Shown: piece by piece, positions 37,739 to 51,493 of the stretch
Layout: each line of letters opens with the position of its first letter
Position numbering within the stretch: position 1 is the stretch's first letter
From: an uncultured Gammaproteobacteria bacterium
GTDB taxonomy: Bacteria > Pseudomonadota > Gammaproteobacteria > Pseudomonadales > Pseudohongiellaceae
Assembly: GCA_903887045.1 (NCBI GenBank)
Contig: CAISOD010000075.1
Location: 1 to 60,674 of the forward strand
Length of the DNA stretch: 60,674 nt
Reading direction: 5' to 3'
The notes under the pieces: model-generated
The model's input: the letters and a program-made list of their open reading frames with translations, nothing else
Database searches by the model: none
What the model was told of the DNA's origin: nothing
Program-made: the position numbers and the translations under genes

Positions 37739-40678
37739 ATGAAAAACTCTGCGTTTGGCGGACCCGTGCAGCGCAAGCTTGCGTGGTCCATAGCTGCAGT
37801 AATCACGTTGGGCACCAGTGCATTCACTACTGCCCAAGCGGCCGAAAGTGATGAGGCCGCTGAAGCCCAGCTCGAAGAAGTCACAGTGACCGGCACAAGA
37901 ATCCGTCGCGATGACTTCAGCAATCCTCAACCGACTACCGTAGTTGGCAGTGAAATGCTTGAAAACCTGGGCATCGTCAACCTGGGTGATGCGATGGCCA
38001 GCCTGCCGTCGAACGTCGGTAACAACACACCGACTGCCAACCCGGGTGGCAACTTCTTCAACGGTGCCAACATCGCCAACCTGCGCGGTCTGAACCCGTT
38101 CTTTGGTTCCCGCACACTGACTCTGGTCGATTCCCGCCGCCACGTTCCCACCAACCAGGGTGACGGCGTTGACCTTAACTTCATCCCATCGATCCTGATT
38201 GATCGCATGGAAGTCGTAACTGGTGGCGCGTCAGCTTCCTACGGTTCCGGTGCCATCGGTGGTGTAACCAACATCCTGCTGGACCGCGACCTCGAAGGCG
38301 GCAAGGTGCAAGTCGACTTTGGTACCACGGCTGAAAGCGATGGTGACGACGTTCACTACGCTGCTGCCTGGGGCACTGGCATTGGCGACAGCAGCCATCT
38401 GGTTCTTGGTTTTGAAGCCCAGGACATGGACGGCATCGACAGCTGCGCACGAGCGCGCGACTGGTGTGCCAAGGCTGTTGGTATCTCCACCAATGGTGCT
38501 TTTGCGACCAACAATGATCCGAACTTTGTTGTTGTATCCGGCCAAACCACTACCAGCATGACCCAGGCTGGCATGTTCCCGCTGTTGAATCAGCAGTTCG
38601 CTGGCAATGGCACGGCGCTGTCTGCCTACAAGCCCGCGGATGTATATAACCGTGGTGGCGATGGTCGTCACGTCTACGAATACTCGACGCTGCGTTCAAA
38701 CGTTGATCGCCAGGTGTTCTACGGTAGTTTCACGCATGACTTCAGCGACAGTCTGCATATGTTTGCAGAAGCTTCTGTTGGTAGCGTAGAGACTTACACT
38801 CCCCAGGGCTCGCTCGACCTGAACTTCGGCCTGATCGCCGGGGATAACTACTACCTCAACAAGCTGCCGGTCAATCCGTGTGCCACATTCCCGGGTCCCT
38901 GCTTTTTCAACAAGGATTTCGATGCCCAATTGAACACGGCAAACGAAACCGGTACTGATTTGCAGCGCTACTCATTCGGTTTCAACGGCGACATCGGTGA
39001 TACATCCTGGACTTGGGATGCCTACTACCAATACGGCGAATCCGACCGCGACCAGAACGTTCTCGACAACCGTCGTGCCCGCGCTTTTGACTTCGCTATC
39101 GATGTGGTGCCGTCAATTCCCGGCAATTACAACAGCACACCAGTGTGCCGCGTAACCCGTGATGGCATGCAGCCCGGCTCGTTGGTCAACCCGCGTATTG
39201 CAGAGGGATGTAAACCACTCAATATCTTTGGTACTGGTGCGCTTGATCCTGCAGGCAAGGCCTATGCAGTAGGCCAGCTGCTGGAAAATACCGTGGTAGA
39301 GCAGGACATTGTGGAAGTGGTCACTTCGGGTGAACTGTTCCAAGGCTTCGGTGCCGGTCCGGTGCGTGCTGCAGTTGGTGGTTCCTGGCGCAATGAGTCG
39401 ATCGCGAACATCGCTGATACCAGTCAGCCGGCGCATTTCCGCAACGACTACCTGATCCAGTACGGCGAATCCTTCAGTGGCGAAGTCGATGTGTGGGAAT
39501 ACTTTGCCGAATTGGACGTGCCGGTAACCGAAAGCTTTGGTGTGGTGGGTGCGATACGCCGCTCCGATTACACCAACACTGGTGGCATTGGTGCAGGTCC
39601 GGCTGCTGGCAAGGACTTCGATTATGGCATCACTACCTGGAAGCTGAGTGGCAACTGGGATGTCAACGAGTGGCTGACGCTGCGTGGGTCGCAATCGCGT
39701 GATATCCGCGCACCGAACTTCCGCGAGTTGTACTACGGTCAGGACATTCCGTCCGGTCCGCTGTTCGGCTATTGCACCAACCCATGGACCGGCGTTGTGA
39801 ACCAGGGTTTCTTCACCCTCACTGGCGACCCTTGCAAGTACGAACTCCGCGGTGGCTACCAGAGCCTGAAGCCAGAACAGGCCGATACCACTACGCTGGG
39901 CTTTATGCTGCAGCCGCAAGACATGAATATCCGCTTTGCTGCTGATTACTACAGGATCAAGATCGAAGATGCGATCACTCCTGCCAACGTCCAGCTGACC
40001 ATTGATGGCTGCTTCGCGGGCAATCAGTCCTACTGCGCACAGATGCAGGGCACCAGGAATGCTGCTGGTGGATTCAGTGACATTACCGTTGTATCTCCAG
40101 AGGCTCGCAACTTCCGTGGCTATACCTCACGCGGTGTTGACCTGACTGCTGATTGGTCGGATGAGTTCAGCTTTGGTTTGTTGAACAGCCGCGTGATTGC
40201 TTCGCGTGTGCTGGAGCAGTTGATCCAGCCTAACGAAGCTACCCCAAGCCTGGTACGCGACATTGCTGGTGTGGTGGGTTCCACCAACGGCTTCCTGGCA
40301 GACTGGTCTTCGGCTCCGGGTTGGACAGCGCAGTGGATCACTACGCTGGTATCCGGACCGCTCACCGTCTCCACACAGGCGCGTTGGGTGAAAGAAGGCA
40401 AGGTCTTCGCGGATCGCTTTGGTCCGCAGGACACTGGCTACAACAGCAAACTGGTCAACAGCATTTCAGACAACGGGTTGCCAAACTATGTCGTTTGGAC
40501 CTTGAGCGGTTCCTACGATTTCGCTATCGGGGAGACCAATCTGAACGTGTTCGGCACCGTTAACAACCTGTTCGACAAGGATCCACCGTTGTCCGGTGTG
40601 GGCGTGGGCGGCACCAGCTCTGTGTTCTATGACACGCTGGGTCGCAGCTACCGAGTAGGGTTGCGCGCAACCTTCTGA
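37739..40678 (+). CDS. TonB-dependent outer-membrane receptor (large, 979 aa)
   Basis: Signal peptide MKNSAFGG...AFTTAQAAE, plug domain (EEVTVTGTRIRRDD..., IDRMEVVTGGASASYGSGAIGGVTNIL), a long beta-barrel and a terminal ...YRVGLRATF. AAAGGGGA Shine-Dalgarno before the ATG at 37739. The in-frame upstream 77 codons (from 37508) are not receptor-like. Confidence 0.9.
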   Translation: MKNSAFGGPVQRKLAWSIAAVITLGTSAFTTAQAAESDEAAEAQLEEVTVTGTRIRRDDFSNPQPTTVVGSEMLENLGIVNLGDAMASLPSNVGNNTPTANPGGNFFNGANIANLRGLNPFFGSRTLTLVDSRRHVPTNQGDGVDLNFIPSILIDRMEVVTGGASASYGSGAIGGVTNILLDRDLEGGKVQVDFGTTAESDGDDVHYAAAWGTGIGDSSHLVLGFEAQDMDGIDSCARARDWCAKAVGISTNGAFATNNDPNFVVVSGQTTTSMTQAGMFPLLNQQFAGNGTALSAYKPADVYNRGGDGRHVYEYSTLRSNVDRQVFYGSFTHDFSDSLHMFAEASVGSVETYTPQGSLDLNFGLIAGDNYYLNKLPVNPCATFPGPCFFNKDFDAQLNTANETGTDLQRYSFGFNGDIGDTSWTWDAYYQYGESDRDQNVLDNRRARAFDFAIDVVPSIPGNYNSTPVCRVTRDGMQPGSLVNPRIAEGCKPLNIFGTGALDPAGKAYAVGQLLENTVVEQDIVEVVTSGELFQGFGAGPVRAAVGGSWRNESIANIADTSQPAHFRNDYLIQYGESFSGEVDVWEYFAELDVPVTESFGVVGAIRRSDYTNTGGIGAGPAAGKDFDYGITTWKLSGNWDVNEWLTLRGSQSRDIRAPNFRELYYGQDIPSGPLFGYCTNPWTGVVNQGFFTLTGDPCKYELRGGYQSLKPEQADTTTLGFMLQPQDMNIRFAADYYRIKIEDAITPANVQLTIDGCFAGNQSYCAQMQGTRNAAGGFSDITVVSPEARNFRGYTSRGVDLTADWSDEFSFGLLNSRVIASRVLEQLIQPNEATPSLVRDIAGVVGSTNGFLADWSSAPGWTAQWITTLVSGPLTVSTQARWVKEGKVFADRFGPQDTGYNSKLVNSISDNGLPNYVVWTLSGSYDFAIGETNLNVFGTVNNLFDKDPPLSGVGVGGTSSVFYDTLGRSYRVGLRATF

Positions 40679-40700
40679 TCGGAAAAGCAGGACTGCACTA

Positions 40701-40731
40701 AAAAAAGCCACTCCTTGCGGAGTGGCTTTTT
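40701..40731 (+). terminator. Rho-independent terminator after the receptor gene
   Basis: AGCCACTCC-ttgc-GGAGTGGCT followed by TTTTT. An A-run upstream could allow bidirectional function. Confidence 0.8.
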
Positions 40732-40765
40732 GCATTCCAGGAACCACCAAACTAGGGCAACATGG

Positions 40766-40795
40766 TTGCCACAATTTTGGGGGGTGGTGTACTAT
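40766..40795 (+). promoter_or_regulatory. Candidate sigma70 promoter of gltBD
   Basis: TTGCCA, 18 nt, then TACTAT. Located 30 nt upstream of the gltB ATG at 40825. Confidence 0.4.
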
Positions 40796-40824
40796 CATCG
40801 GCCCCTTTGCGCCAGAGACAGATT

Positions 40825-43800
40825 ATGAAAACGGGTCTGTATCACCCAGACGAATTCCGGGATAACTGTGGTTTCGGTCTGGTTGCCAATATCGAAGGTA
40901 AACCCAGCCACGAGCTGCTGCAGTCGGCAATCAGTTCGCTGACCTGCATGACCCATCGCGGCGGCATTGCCGCTGATGGTGTGACCGGTGACGGTTGCGG
41001 CTTGTTGATGCAGAAACCCGACACCTTCCTGCGCAAAATCGCCCAGGAACTGTTCGGCAAAAAGCTGGCGGCGCACTACGGCATCGGCATGATCTTCCTC
41101 AGCCAGGACGACAGCAAAGCCGCCCATGCGCGCAGCGTGCTGGAAACCGAACTGGTCGCTCAAGGCCTCAAGATCGCCGGCTGGCGTGTGGTGCCAACAA
41201 ATCCAGCCATCTGTGGCCGCATGGCACGGGAAAGCCTGCCGAAGATCGAGCAGTTGTTTGTCGATGCTCCAGCCGTCGAGAAAAAAGATCTGGCAATAAA
41301 GCTGTTTGTTGCCCGCCGCAAGGCTGAAAAGCAGCTCGAAAGCGACAAGGACTTCTACGTTTCCAGCCTGTCACATTCAGTGCTGTCGTACAAAGGTCTG
41401 GTGATGCCGGCCGACTTGCCGGCGTTCTATCTTGATTTGAACAACCCTGAGCTGGCAGTGGCGATGTGCACCTTCCACCAGCGCTTCTCGACCAACACAT
41501 TGCCGAGATGGCCACTCGCGCAGCCATTTCGCATGCTGGCGCACAACGGCGAGATAAACACGATCCAGGGCAACCGCAGCTGGGCGAAAGCCCGCACCAG
41601 CAAACTGCGTTCACGGTTGATTCCGAACATCGAAGAGATTGCTCCGGTCGTCAATACCACCGGCTCCGACTCGTCGTCGATGGACAACATGCTGGAGTTG
41701 CTCGTCACCAGTGGCATGGATCTGTATCAAGCCATCCGCCTGATCATGCCGCCGAGCTGGCAGAACATGGAAGACATGGACGCCGAGCTTCGCAGCTTCT
41801 ACACCTACAACTCGCTGCATATGGAAGCATGGGACGGCCCTGCCGGTGTCGTAATGACCGACGGCCGCTATGCTGTGTGCGTGCTCGACAAGAACGGACT
41901 GCGTCCGTCCCGCTGGGTACTGACCCGCAACGGCTGGCTGACGGCTGCATCCGAAATCGGCGTCAACGCCTACAAGCCGGAAGACGTAGTTGCCAAAGGC
42001 CGTGTCGGCCCGGGCCAGATACTCGTAGTCGATACCGAAGCCGGCAAGATCCTGCACTCGGACGATGTCGCCAACTATCTGAAAGTGCGGCAGCCCTACG
42101 CCAAGTGGATCAAGGAAAACGCCTATTTCGTCGAATCAACCCTGGCCGAGCATGTGCCCGCGCTGAAACCGATGTCGATGGACGAGTGCGAAATCCACAT
42201 GAAGATGTTCCAGGTCAGCTTCGAAGAAACCGAACAGGTTCTGCGTCCGCTGGCCGAGCAATCGGCTGAAGGCACCGGCTCGATGGGTGACGATACGCCG
42301 ATCGCAGTGTTGTCGCGTCACGTGCGTCCGCTTTACGACTACTTCCGCCAGGTGTTCGCACAGGTTACCAACCCGCCGATCGACAGCCTGCGCGAAAGCA
42401 ACGTGATGTCGCTGGAAACCCGCATGGGTCGCGAGCTGAACATTTTCGAAGAGACTGCCGAACATGCCGACAGGTTGATTCTGCATTCACCGCTGCTGTC
42501 GCCCGACAAGTTCTGGAATCTCAAGCATCTGCAGCGCCCCGGTTATGAAGTCGCAGAAATAAGCCTGAATTACGCTCCTGTTATCGGACTCGAACAAGCG
42601 GTGAAGAATGCCAAGGCTGCAGCCGAAGCCGCTGCACGTGACGGCAAGATGTTGCTGTTCATTTCCGAACGCATGCCGCCGCAAGGCCAGCTGGTCGTTC
42701 CGGCGCTGCTGGCCACTGCTGCCATCCATCACCATTTGAGCGATATCGGCCTGCGTTGCGACACCAATCTCATCGTTGAAACCGGCAGCGCGCGCGATCC
42801 GCACCAGATTGCCTGTTTGATCGGCTATGGTGCCACCGCGGTGTACCCTTACCTCGCCTATGACGTGATCGAACGCATGATCAACACCAACATGCTGCAC
42901 ATGGGTTCGCTGGAAGCGCAGAAGAACTATCGCAAAGGCATCAACAAGGGCCTGATGAAAATCATGTCCAAGATGGGCATCAGTACCATCAGCTCCTACC
43001 GTGGTGCGCAATTGTTCGAGATCGTCGGTCTCGGCGACGACATCACCGATGTCTGCTTCCCGGATGCGATCAGTCGTGTCAAAGGCGCGTCGTTTGTGCA
43101 TCTGCAGCACGATGCAGAGAAACTGGTACACGACGCCTGGTTGCCGCGCAAGAAAATCACCCAGGGCGGTTTGCTGAAATACATGCACGGTGGTGAATAC
43201 CACATGATCAATCCTGACGTGGTGACCACTGTGCAGGACGCGGTTCGCAGCGGCAATTTTGACGACTACCGCAAGTTTGCACAGATCGTCGACAACCGTC
43301 CGATTTCGGCGATACGCGACATGTTCGGCCTGCGTGAAGACGTGCAAGCCATCCCGCTTGATCAGGTCGAGCCAATCGACACCATTCTCAAGCGGTTCGA
43401 TTCGGCCGGCATGTCGCTCGGTGCATTGTCGCCTGAAGCACACGAAGCATTGGCGCAAGGCATGAACCGCCTCGGTGGTCGCTCCAACTCGGGTGAAGGT
43501 GGTGAAGATCCGGCACGTTACGGCACCGACAAATCGTCCAAGATCAAGCAAGTGGCTTCGGGCCGTTTCGGTGTTACGCCGCACTATCTGGTGAATGCCG
43601 AAGTGTTGCAGATCAAAATTGCCCAGGGCGCCAAGCCAGGCGAAGGTGGTCAGTTGCCCGGCAGCAAGGTGAATGCGCTGATTGCACGACTGCGCTACTC
43701 GGTGCCGGGAGTCACCCTTATCTCGCCACCACCGCATCACGACATTTATTCGATCGAAGATCTCGCACAGCTGATCTTCGACCTCAAACAGGTAAATCCG

Positions 43801-45273
43801 CAGGCCATGGTGTCAGTGAAACTGGTATCGGGTCCGGGTGTTGGCACCATCGCTGCCGGTGTTGCCAAAGCCTACGCCGACTTGATCACGATCTCCGGTC
43901 ACGACGGTGGTACCGGCGCCAGCCCGCTGTCGTCGATCCGTTACGCCGGCACGCCGTGGGAACTCGGCCTGTCGGAAGTGCAGCAGGCACTGCGCTCGAA
44001 CGATCTGCGCGGCCGTATCCGTTTGCAGGCAGACGGTGGTTTGAAAACCGGTCTCGATGTAGTGAAAGCCGCCATTCTCGGCGCCGAGAGCTTCGGCTTC
44101 GGCACCATCCCGATGGTGGCGCTGGGCTGCAAATACCTGCGCATCTGCCATCTGAACAACTGCGCCACCGGTGTTGCCACCCAGAACAAAGAGCTGCGTG
44201 ACAAGCACTTCATCGGCCAGGCCGAGATGGTGATGAACTATTTCAAGTTCGTCGCGCAGGACACGCGACTGTGGCTGGCCAAGCTGGGTGTCAGCAATCT
44301 GGTTGATCTGATAGGTCGCACTGATCTGCTGGTGCGGCTACCGGCACAGACCGAAAAACAAGCGAGCCTCGACTTTTCGCGGCTGCTTGAAAATGACCTG
44401 ATCCCGGCGGACAAAGACCGCTATTGCATAGTCAGCCGCAATCCCCCGTCCGACAAGGGTGAGTTGGCGGAACACATGATCAGCGAAATCCTGCCGGCCA
44501 TCGAGAACAAGACTGGCGGCATCTTCAACTATCAGGTGAAGAACTTTAATCGTTCGATCGGAGCACGGCTGTCGGGCGAAATCGCCAGACGCTACGGCAA
44601 TCAGGGCATGAGTGACGCGCCGATCAACCTGCGTCTGACTGGCTCGATCGGCCAGAGCTGGGGCGTGTGGAATGCCGGCGGTCTCAACATGCATCTCGTC
44701 GGTGAAGCCAACGACTACGTCGGCAAAGGCATGGCAGGCGGCAAGCTTGTCGTAGTGCCACCGCCGGGCAGCACCTTCAAGACACAGGAAACCTCGATCA
44801 TTGGCAACACCTGTCTCTATGGTGCAACCGGCGGCAAATTGTTTGCAGCCGGCGTAGCGGGCGAACGTTTCGGTGTGCGTAACTCCGGTTGCCACGCGGT
44901 TGTAGAGGGCGCCGGCGATCACTGCTGCGAATACATGACAGGCGGCTTGATCACTGTGCTCGGCCGCACCGGCCACAACTTTGGTGCTGGCATGACCGGT
45001 GGTTTCGCCTATGTACTTGACCTCGACAAGGACTTTGTCGACAAGTACAACCACGAATTGATCGAAGTACATCGCCTGCGCAACGAGTTCATGGAGGAAT
45101 ACCGCAATCATTTACGCAGTGTTATCGAAGAGTATGTGGCGGAAACCGGCAGTGTCTGGGGCCAGCACATTCTCGACAACTTCATGGATTATCTGCGCAA
45201 GTTCTGGCTGGTGAAGCCGCTGGCGGCGAACATGAAGAACCTGTTGCAGCACGTCACCCTGAACCCGCAGTAG
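40825..45273 (+). CDS. gltB: Glutamate synthase (NADPH) large subunit
   Basis: Starts [25 protein letters not shown] (the Ntn Cys follows processing). Has FMN/3Fe-4S and GXGXG domains. 1482 aa. Confidence 0.97.
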   Translation: MKTGLYHPDEFRDNCGFGLVANIEGKPSHELLQSAISSLTCMTHRGGIAADGVTGDGCGLLMQKPDTFLRKIAQELFGKKLAAHYGIGMIFLSQDDSKAAHARSVLETELVAQGLKIAGWRVVPTNPAICGRMARESLPKIEQLFVDAPAVEKKDLAIKLFVARRKAEKQLESDKDFYVSSLSHSVLSYKGLVMPADLPAFYLDLNNPELAVAMCTFHQRFSTNTLPRWPLAQPFRMLAHNGEINTIQGNRSWAKARTSKLRSRLIPNIEEIAPVVNTTGSDSSSMDNMLELLVTSGMDLYQAIRLIMPPSWQNMEDMDAELRSFYTYNSLHMEAWDGPAGVVMTDGRYAVCVLDKNGLRPSRWVLTRNGWLTAASEIGVNAYKPEDVVAKGRVGPGQILVVDTEAGKILHSDDVANYLKVRQPYAKWIKENAYFVESTLAEHVPALKPMSMDECEIHMKMFQVSFEETEQVLRPLAEQSAEGTGSMGDDTPIAVLSRHVRPLYDYFRQVFAQVTNPPIDSLRESNVMSLETRMGRELNIFEETAEHADRLILHSPLLSPDKFWNLKHLQRPGYEVAEISLNYAPVIGLEQAVKNAKAAAEAAARDGKMLLFISERMPPQGQLVVPALLATAAIHHHLSDIGLRCDTNLIVETGSARDPHQIACLIGYGATAVYPYLAYDVIERMINTNMLHMGSLEAQKNYRKGINKGLMKIMSKMGISTISSYRGAQLFEIVGLGDDITDVCFPDAISRVKGASFVHLQHDAEKLVHDAWLPRKKITQGGLLKYMHGGEYHMINPDVVTTVQDAVRSGNFDDYRKFAQIVDNRPISAIRDMFGLREDVQAIPLDQVEPIDTILKRFDSAGMSLGALSPEAHEALAQGMNRLGGRSNSGEGGEDPARYGTDKSSKIKQVASGRFGVTPHYLVNAEVLQIKIAQGAKPGEGGQLPGSKVNALIARLRYSVPGVTLISPPPHHDIYSIEDLAQLIFDLKQVNPQAMVSVKLVSGPGVGTIAAGVAKAYADLITISGHDGGTGASPLSSIRYAGTPWELGLSEVQQALRSNDLRGRIRLQADGGLKTGLDVVKAAILGAESFGFGTIPMVALGCKYLRICHLNNCATGVATQNKELRDKHFIGQAEMVMNYFKFVAQDTRLWLAKLGVSNLVDLIGRTDLLVRLPAQTEKQASLDFSRLLENDLIPADKDRYCIVSRNPPSDKGELAEHMISEILPAIENKTGGIFNYQVKNFNRSIGARLSGEIARRYGNQGMSDAPINLRLTGSIGQSWGVWNAGGLNMHLVGEANDYVGKGMAGGKLVVVPPPGSTFKTQETSIIGNTCLYGATGGKLFAAGVAGERFGVRNSGCHAVVEGAGDHCCEYMTGGLITVLGRTGHNFGAGMTGGFAYVLDLDKDFVDKYNHELIEVHRLRNEFMEEYRNHLRSVIEEYVAETGSVWGQHILDNFMDYLRKFWLVKPLAANMKNLLQHVTLNPQ

Positions 45274-47800
<2,527 letters not shown>

Positions 47801-47804
<4 letters not shown>

Positions 47805-48337
47805 GAGCTGCGATGCGCCGGAAGCTAACCAGTGGTCATGCTTTCGTCGCTCTCGGTGCCAACCTGCCGCTCGACACTCCGAATCCGGAAGATACCTTGC
47901 GCAGCGCGATGGCAGCCATGATCCCGCTGTCGCAGCAGCTGCCGGTTCTTTCCGGCATCTACGAATCCGAACCGAAGGACTGCCCGCCCGGCTCGCCGCT
48001 GTATCTGAATGCGGTGGTTGGCATCCTGCCGCGTGCTGATGAAGATCCGCTGACCCTGCTGCACAAGCTGCAGGCAATCGAACTGCGCTTCGGCAGAACC
48101 CGCAGTGGTGTGATCAACGAATCCCGCACACTCGACCTCGACCTGCTCGCCTTTGGTGACAAGGAAATGGACACGCCGGAGCTGACCCTGCCGCACCCGC
48201 GCGCGCACCAGCGCCGTTTTGTACTGCAACCCTGGCTCGAAATCGCCGGCAATGAGTGGTTGCTGAAAGGCCGGACTCTCGGCGACTGGCTGCTCGAATG
48301 CCAGGACCCGCCGCTGAGTCGTCTGCAAGAATGGTAA
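47801..48337 (+). CDS. folK: 2-amino-4-hydroxy-6-hydroxymethyldihydropteridine pyrophosphokinase
   Basis: Reads AFVALGANL...SGIYESEP...NAVVG...[12 protein letters not shown]...[21 protein letters not shown]. Start at the GTG at 47801 (GTGA overlap with hemE) or the ATG at 47813. Confidence 0.85.
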
Positions 48338-48339
48338 GC

Positions 48340-48364
48340 AAAAAAAACCCGGCAAGGCCGGGTT
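48340..48364 (-). terminator. Stem-loop with a U-run on the minus strand (possible terminator, perhaps bidirectional)
   Basis: AAAAAAAA-AACCCGGC-aag-GCCGGGTT. The T-run exists only when read on the minus strand. Lies 9 nt after the folK stop and about 170 nt after the MTHFR-like gene's stop. Confidence 0.55.
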
Positions 48365-48536
48365 CACAAGTACGACACAATAAGCATCTGTAGTGATTCA
48401 ATTACTTCAGTACAACAACATCAGAGGGGACGTCTGATGGGAGCTTGTACGTATTCTGGCCCAAAAACCGATCAATAACCGAGAACCAGGTCACTGCCGA
48501 TTGAGAAGCACGTGACCGGGTTCACAGTTCGGCGCA

Positions 48537-49448
48537 TCAGATTTCGACGGTAAGCTCGAAGCCTTCCTCGTCGTCCAGTTTGTAGTTGCCGTCGAGTACG
48601 GCGTACAGCCACTTCGCCGACTTCGTCATGCCGCCCAACGGATACAGGTGCACCTGGTTGATGCCGCAAGCAGGATCATTGGCCTGGTAATTGGCGAGGT
48701 CGCGCACCAGTTTGTTGGGCTGTTTGGCACCGTTGCTCAACAACAATTTGGCAATGCTGCCGGTCTGGCGTGTCAGTACGCGCATCGAAGGGCCGACGCC
48801 GCAGGCAGTGGCATGGTTGATCAAGGTCTTGAGGGTTGCGAGGCCGGGAATGCCGATGTGGATAGGCAGCGTGTTGCCTTCGGCGCGGATGCGTTTGTCC
48901 CACTCGATGACCGGCTCGGCTTCGAAAATGAACTGGGTGGTGATGTACATGTCGATGCCGTGCTCTTTGGCGTAGGCATTCTTGGCCAGCAGCGCCTTGG
49001 TGACTTCTTCCGGTTTGATGTCAGGTGAGCCTTCGGGATGGCCGGCAACGCCGAGCTTCTTGATGCCGTATTTCTGGAACAGGTCAGTGCGCAGCACCTG
49101 CATCGAATCGGAGAAATCGCCCACCGGGTTGGTCACGCCACCACCGATCAACAGTGCTTCTTCCACCTTGGCTTCACCCTGCAGGATCTTCAGGTTTTCT
49201 TCGAAGAATTTCAGGCTCGGAATCGAGCGGGCAGCAAAGTGCGGTACTGGCTTCATGCCTTCGGCAGCGAGGCGCTTTACCGTGGCCACAGTGTCATTGA
49301 AGTCTGAGCCAGGCAGGAAGGTAACGAATACGGTGGTACCTGGGCGCAGCAGAGTGCGGAAGTCTTCAATCTTCTTGGAGCCGCCAGGGGTGACTTCAAC
49401 GGAGCAGTGGTCGAGGAATTTTTTTATGTTGGCAATATCGTTGGACAC
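48537..49448 (-). CDS. Methylenetetrahydrofolate reductase-family protein (divergent, 303 aa)
   Basis: Collinear with MetF landmarks: SVEVTPG (E. coli SFEFFPP), PHFAARS (PHLT), LLIGGG (ALRGD), VAGHPEGSPD (AAYPEVHPE), TTQFIFE (ITQFFFD), IHIGIPG (IIPGILP). The alignment was made from memory of the E. coli MetF sequence. Confidence 0.7.
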   Translation of the reverse strand: MSNDIANIKKFLDHCSVEVTPGGSKKIEDFRTLLRPGTTVFVTFLPGSDFNDTVATVKRLAAEGMKPVPHFAARSIPSLKFFEENLKILQGEAKVEEALLIGGGVTNPVGDFSDSMQVLRTDLFQKYGIKKLGVAGHPEGSPDIKPEEVTKALLAKNAYAKEHGIDMYITTQFIFEAEPVIEWDKRIRAEGNTLPIHIGIPGLATLKTLINHATACGVGPSMRVLTRQTGSIAKLLLSNGAKQPNKLVRDLANYQANDPACGINQVHLYPLGGMTKSAKWLYAVLDGNYKLDDEEGFELTVEI

Positions 49449-49542
49449 GGCACTTACCTATGGTCGGGGGAAGAAGAAAAAAGAGGCGCCATTCTAGCCA
49501 TCCGGCCCGGCGTGGGCAAACCAGGCGGTTCGGTAACAGCTG

Positions 49543-50088
49543 TCAGGGCGGTGTCAGCGGCAACCGCTGCAACTGGCAATCAACACTGTCGTTGCCGATG
49601 CTGCAATAAAGATGGCGGTCGGCCACCGTCAGACTCAGGGTGACCCGGCGGTCCAGCAGTTTGACCAGTGCCTGCAGGAAGGCGCGGTCGAGTACATACA
49701 GTTCCACCGCCTCGGCTCTGTGGATATTGCCTTCCCGCAGCTTGCTGGCCAGCAGTTCGGCGTCCTTGTGGCAATAGATGACTACCCGCGGCGCGGCCTT
49801 GCTGGCTTGATGCACCCGTTCCGGGCTCGGGGTGCCTATCTCCACCCACATCGTAAGCGCGCCGGTCAGGTCGCGTGCATACAGGGTCGGTTCGTCGCGG
49901 TCGCCGAGGCCCTTGGAGAATGAGATGCCTTCGCAGTACTCAAGGCAGTAGGCCAGCACCCGGGTCCACAGGTAGTCCGGCGCTTCTGACGGATGCTGGG
50001 CAGCGCGGATTTCGAGGGTTTCGTAGATGCCGCGGTCCGAATCCGCCAGCTCGACGGTGAACACGTACATGGTGGCGCCCAATGCCAT
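49543..50088 (-). CDS. YaeQ-family protein
   Basis: 181 aa. Reads MALGATMYVFTVELADSDRGIYETLEIRAAQHPSE...YLWTRVLAYCLEY, characteristic of the YaeQ family. Confidence 0.85.
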   Translation of the reverse strand: MALGATMYVFTVELADSDRGIYETLEIRAAQHPSEAPDYLWTRVLAYCLEYCEGISFSKGLGDRDEPTLYARDLTGALTMWVEIGTPSPERVHQASKAAPRVVIYCHKDAELLASKLREGNIHRAEAVELYVLDRAFLQALVKLLDRRVTLSLTVADRHLYCSIGNDSVDCQLQRLPLTPP

Positions 50089-50091
50089 GGA

Positions 50092-51363
50092 TTACCTCAC
50101 TGCCTGTGCAAATTGATGAATGGCCTGTGTCAGCTGGCTCAGCTCGGCAGGTTCAATAATGTAGGGCGGCATCAGGTAAACCAGTTTGCCGAAGGGTCGC
50201 AGCCACACGCCGCGCTCAATGAAGAAGCGTTGGGCAGCCGCCATATCAACCGGTTGCTGCATTTCCACCACGCCAATAGCGCCCAATACGCGCACATCAC
50301 TGACGCTGCCGAGTTGGCGGCACGGTTCCAGTTCACGCTGCAACTGCGCTTCGATGGCAGCGATGCTCTGTTGCCACGGTGACTGCAGCAGCAGTTTGAT
50401 GCTTGCGGCAGCGACCGCACACGCCAGTGGATTCGCCATGAAAGTGGGGCCGTGCATGAAAACGCCGCCGTTGTGTGAGATGGCAGCGCTGATGCGCGTC
50501 GTACACAGGGTGGCGGCCAAGGTCAGGTAGCCGCCGGTGAGCGCCTTGCCGAGACACAGTATGTCGGGCGTGATGCCGGCGTATTCGCAGGCAAACAACT
50601 TGCCGCTGCGGCCAAAGCCGGTCGCAATTTCGTCGGCGATCAACAGCACGTCGAATTCATCACAGAGTGCACGGACGCCGCGTAAATAATCGGCCGAATA
50701 GAAAAACATGCGGCCGGCGCCCTGTACGATGGGTTCGAGAATGAGTGCTGCGATGGTCGAGTGGTGCGCCGCCAGCGTGGCACGCAGTTCTTCAAGTTCC
50801 TGTGGCGGAAATGGCTGCCCGAAGGGCGTCTGCGGTTCACTGACGAACAGCTGCCTGGCCAATACCTGGTTGAACAGGTGATGCATGCCGGTCACCGGGT
50901 CACACACCGACATCGCGGCAAAGGTGTCGCCGTGGTAGCCCTTGCGGATCGTCAACAAGCGTGACTTTTGTGCTTGCCCGCGGCTGATCCAGTACTGCAG
51001 CGCCTGTTTGATCGCCACTTCAACGCTGACCGAACCGGAATCGCACAGGAACACCTGTTCAAGGCCGCGAGGCGCCAGTTTTACCAATAACTTGCCGAGC
51101 TCAACCGCCGGTTCATGCGTCAGGCCGCCGAACATCACGTGTGCCATCTTGTCGAGTTGGGCCTTGGCAGCGGCATCCAGCACCGGATGACGATAACCGT
51201 GGATCGCACTCCACCACGACGCCATGCCGTCGATCAACGCAGTGCCGTCTTCCAGCATGATGCGTACGCCCTCGGCATGGCTCACCGCATACACCGGCAG
51301 TGGATTTTGCATCGAGGTATAGGGGTGCCAGAGGTGGTGTTTGTCGAAATCGAGGTCGGTCAC
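50092..51363 (-). CDS. bioA: Adenosylmethionine-8-amino-7-oxononanoate aminotransferase
   Basis: Reads LDFDKHHLWHPYTSM...SWWSAIHGY...DSGSVSVEVAIK...LIADEIATGFGRSGKLFACE...LCLGKALTGGY. The GTG at 51363 aligns with the E. coli BioA N-terminus. The ORF extends to 51423. Confidence 0.93.
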   Translation of the reverse strand: MTDLDFDKHHLWHPYTSMQNPLPVYAVSHAEGVRIMLEDGTALIDGMASWWSAIHGYRHPVLDAAAKAQLDKMAHVMFGGLTHEPAVELGKLLVKLAPRGLEQVFLCDSGSVSVEVAIKQALQYWISRGQAQKSRLLTIRKGYHGDTFAAMSVCDPVTGMHHLFNQVLARQLFVSEPQTPFGQPFPPQELEELRATLAAHHSTIAALILEPIVQGAGRMFFYSADYLRGVRALCDEFDVLLIADEIATGFGRSGKLFACEYAGITPDILCLGKALTGGYLTLAATLCTTRISAAISHNGGVFMHGPTFMANPLACAVAAASIKLLLQSPWQQSIAAIEAQLQRELEPCRQLGSVSDVRVLGAIGVVEMQQPVDMAAAQRFFIERGVWLRPFGKLVYLMPPYIIEPAELSQLTQAIHQFAQAVR

Positions 51364-51493
51364 GCAGGTGGTGGATGGTGGCTGGCAGAAAAGAGCGGCA
51401 AGTATACACAGCAGCGGCGCCACAGGCGGAAATCGGTCCTGTCGAGTGTCAGGCTACGATCAATTCCTGATCCCTTACGAATACAGCCGCTGC

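Noticed and set aside
42487-43740. 417-aa ORF on the minus strand (and similar ORFs at 43813..44208 and 44338..45111)
   Set aside because: It is antisense to gltB, whose reading frame is continuous and highly conserved over 1482 codons.
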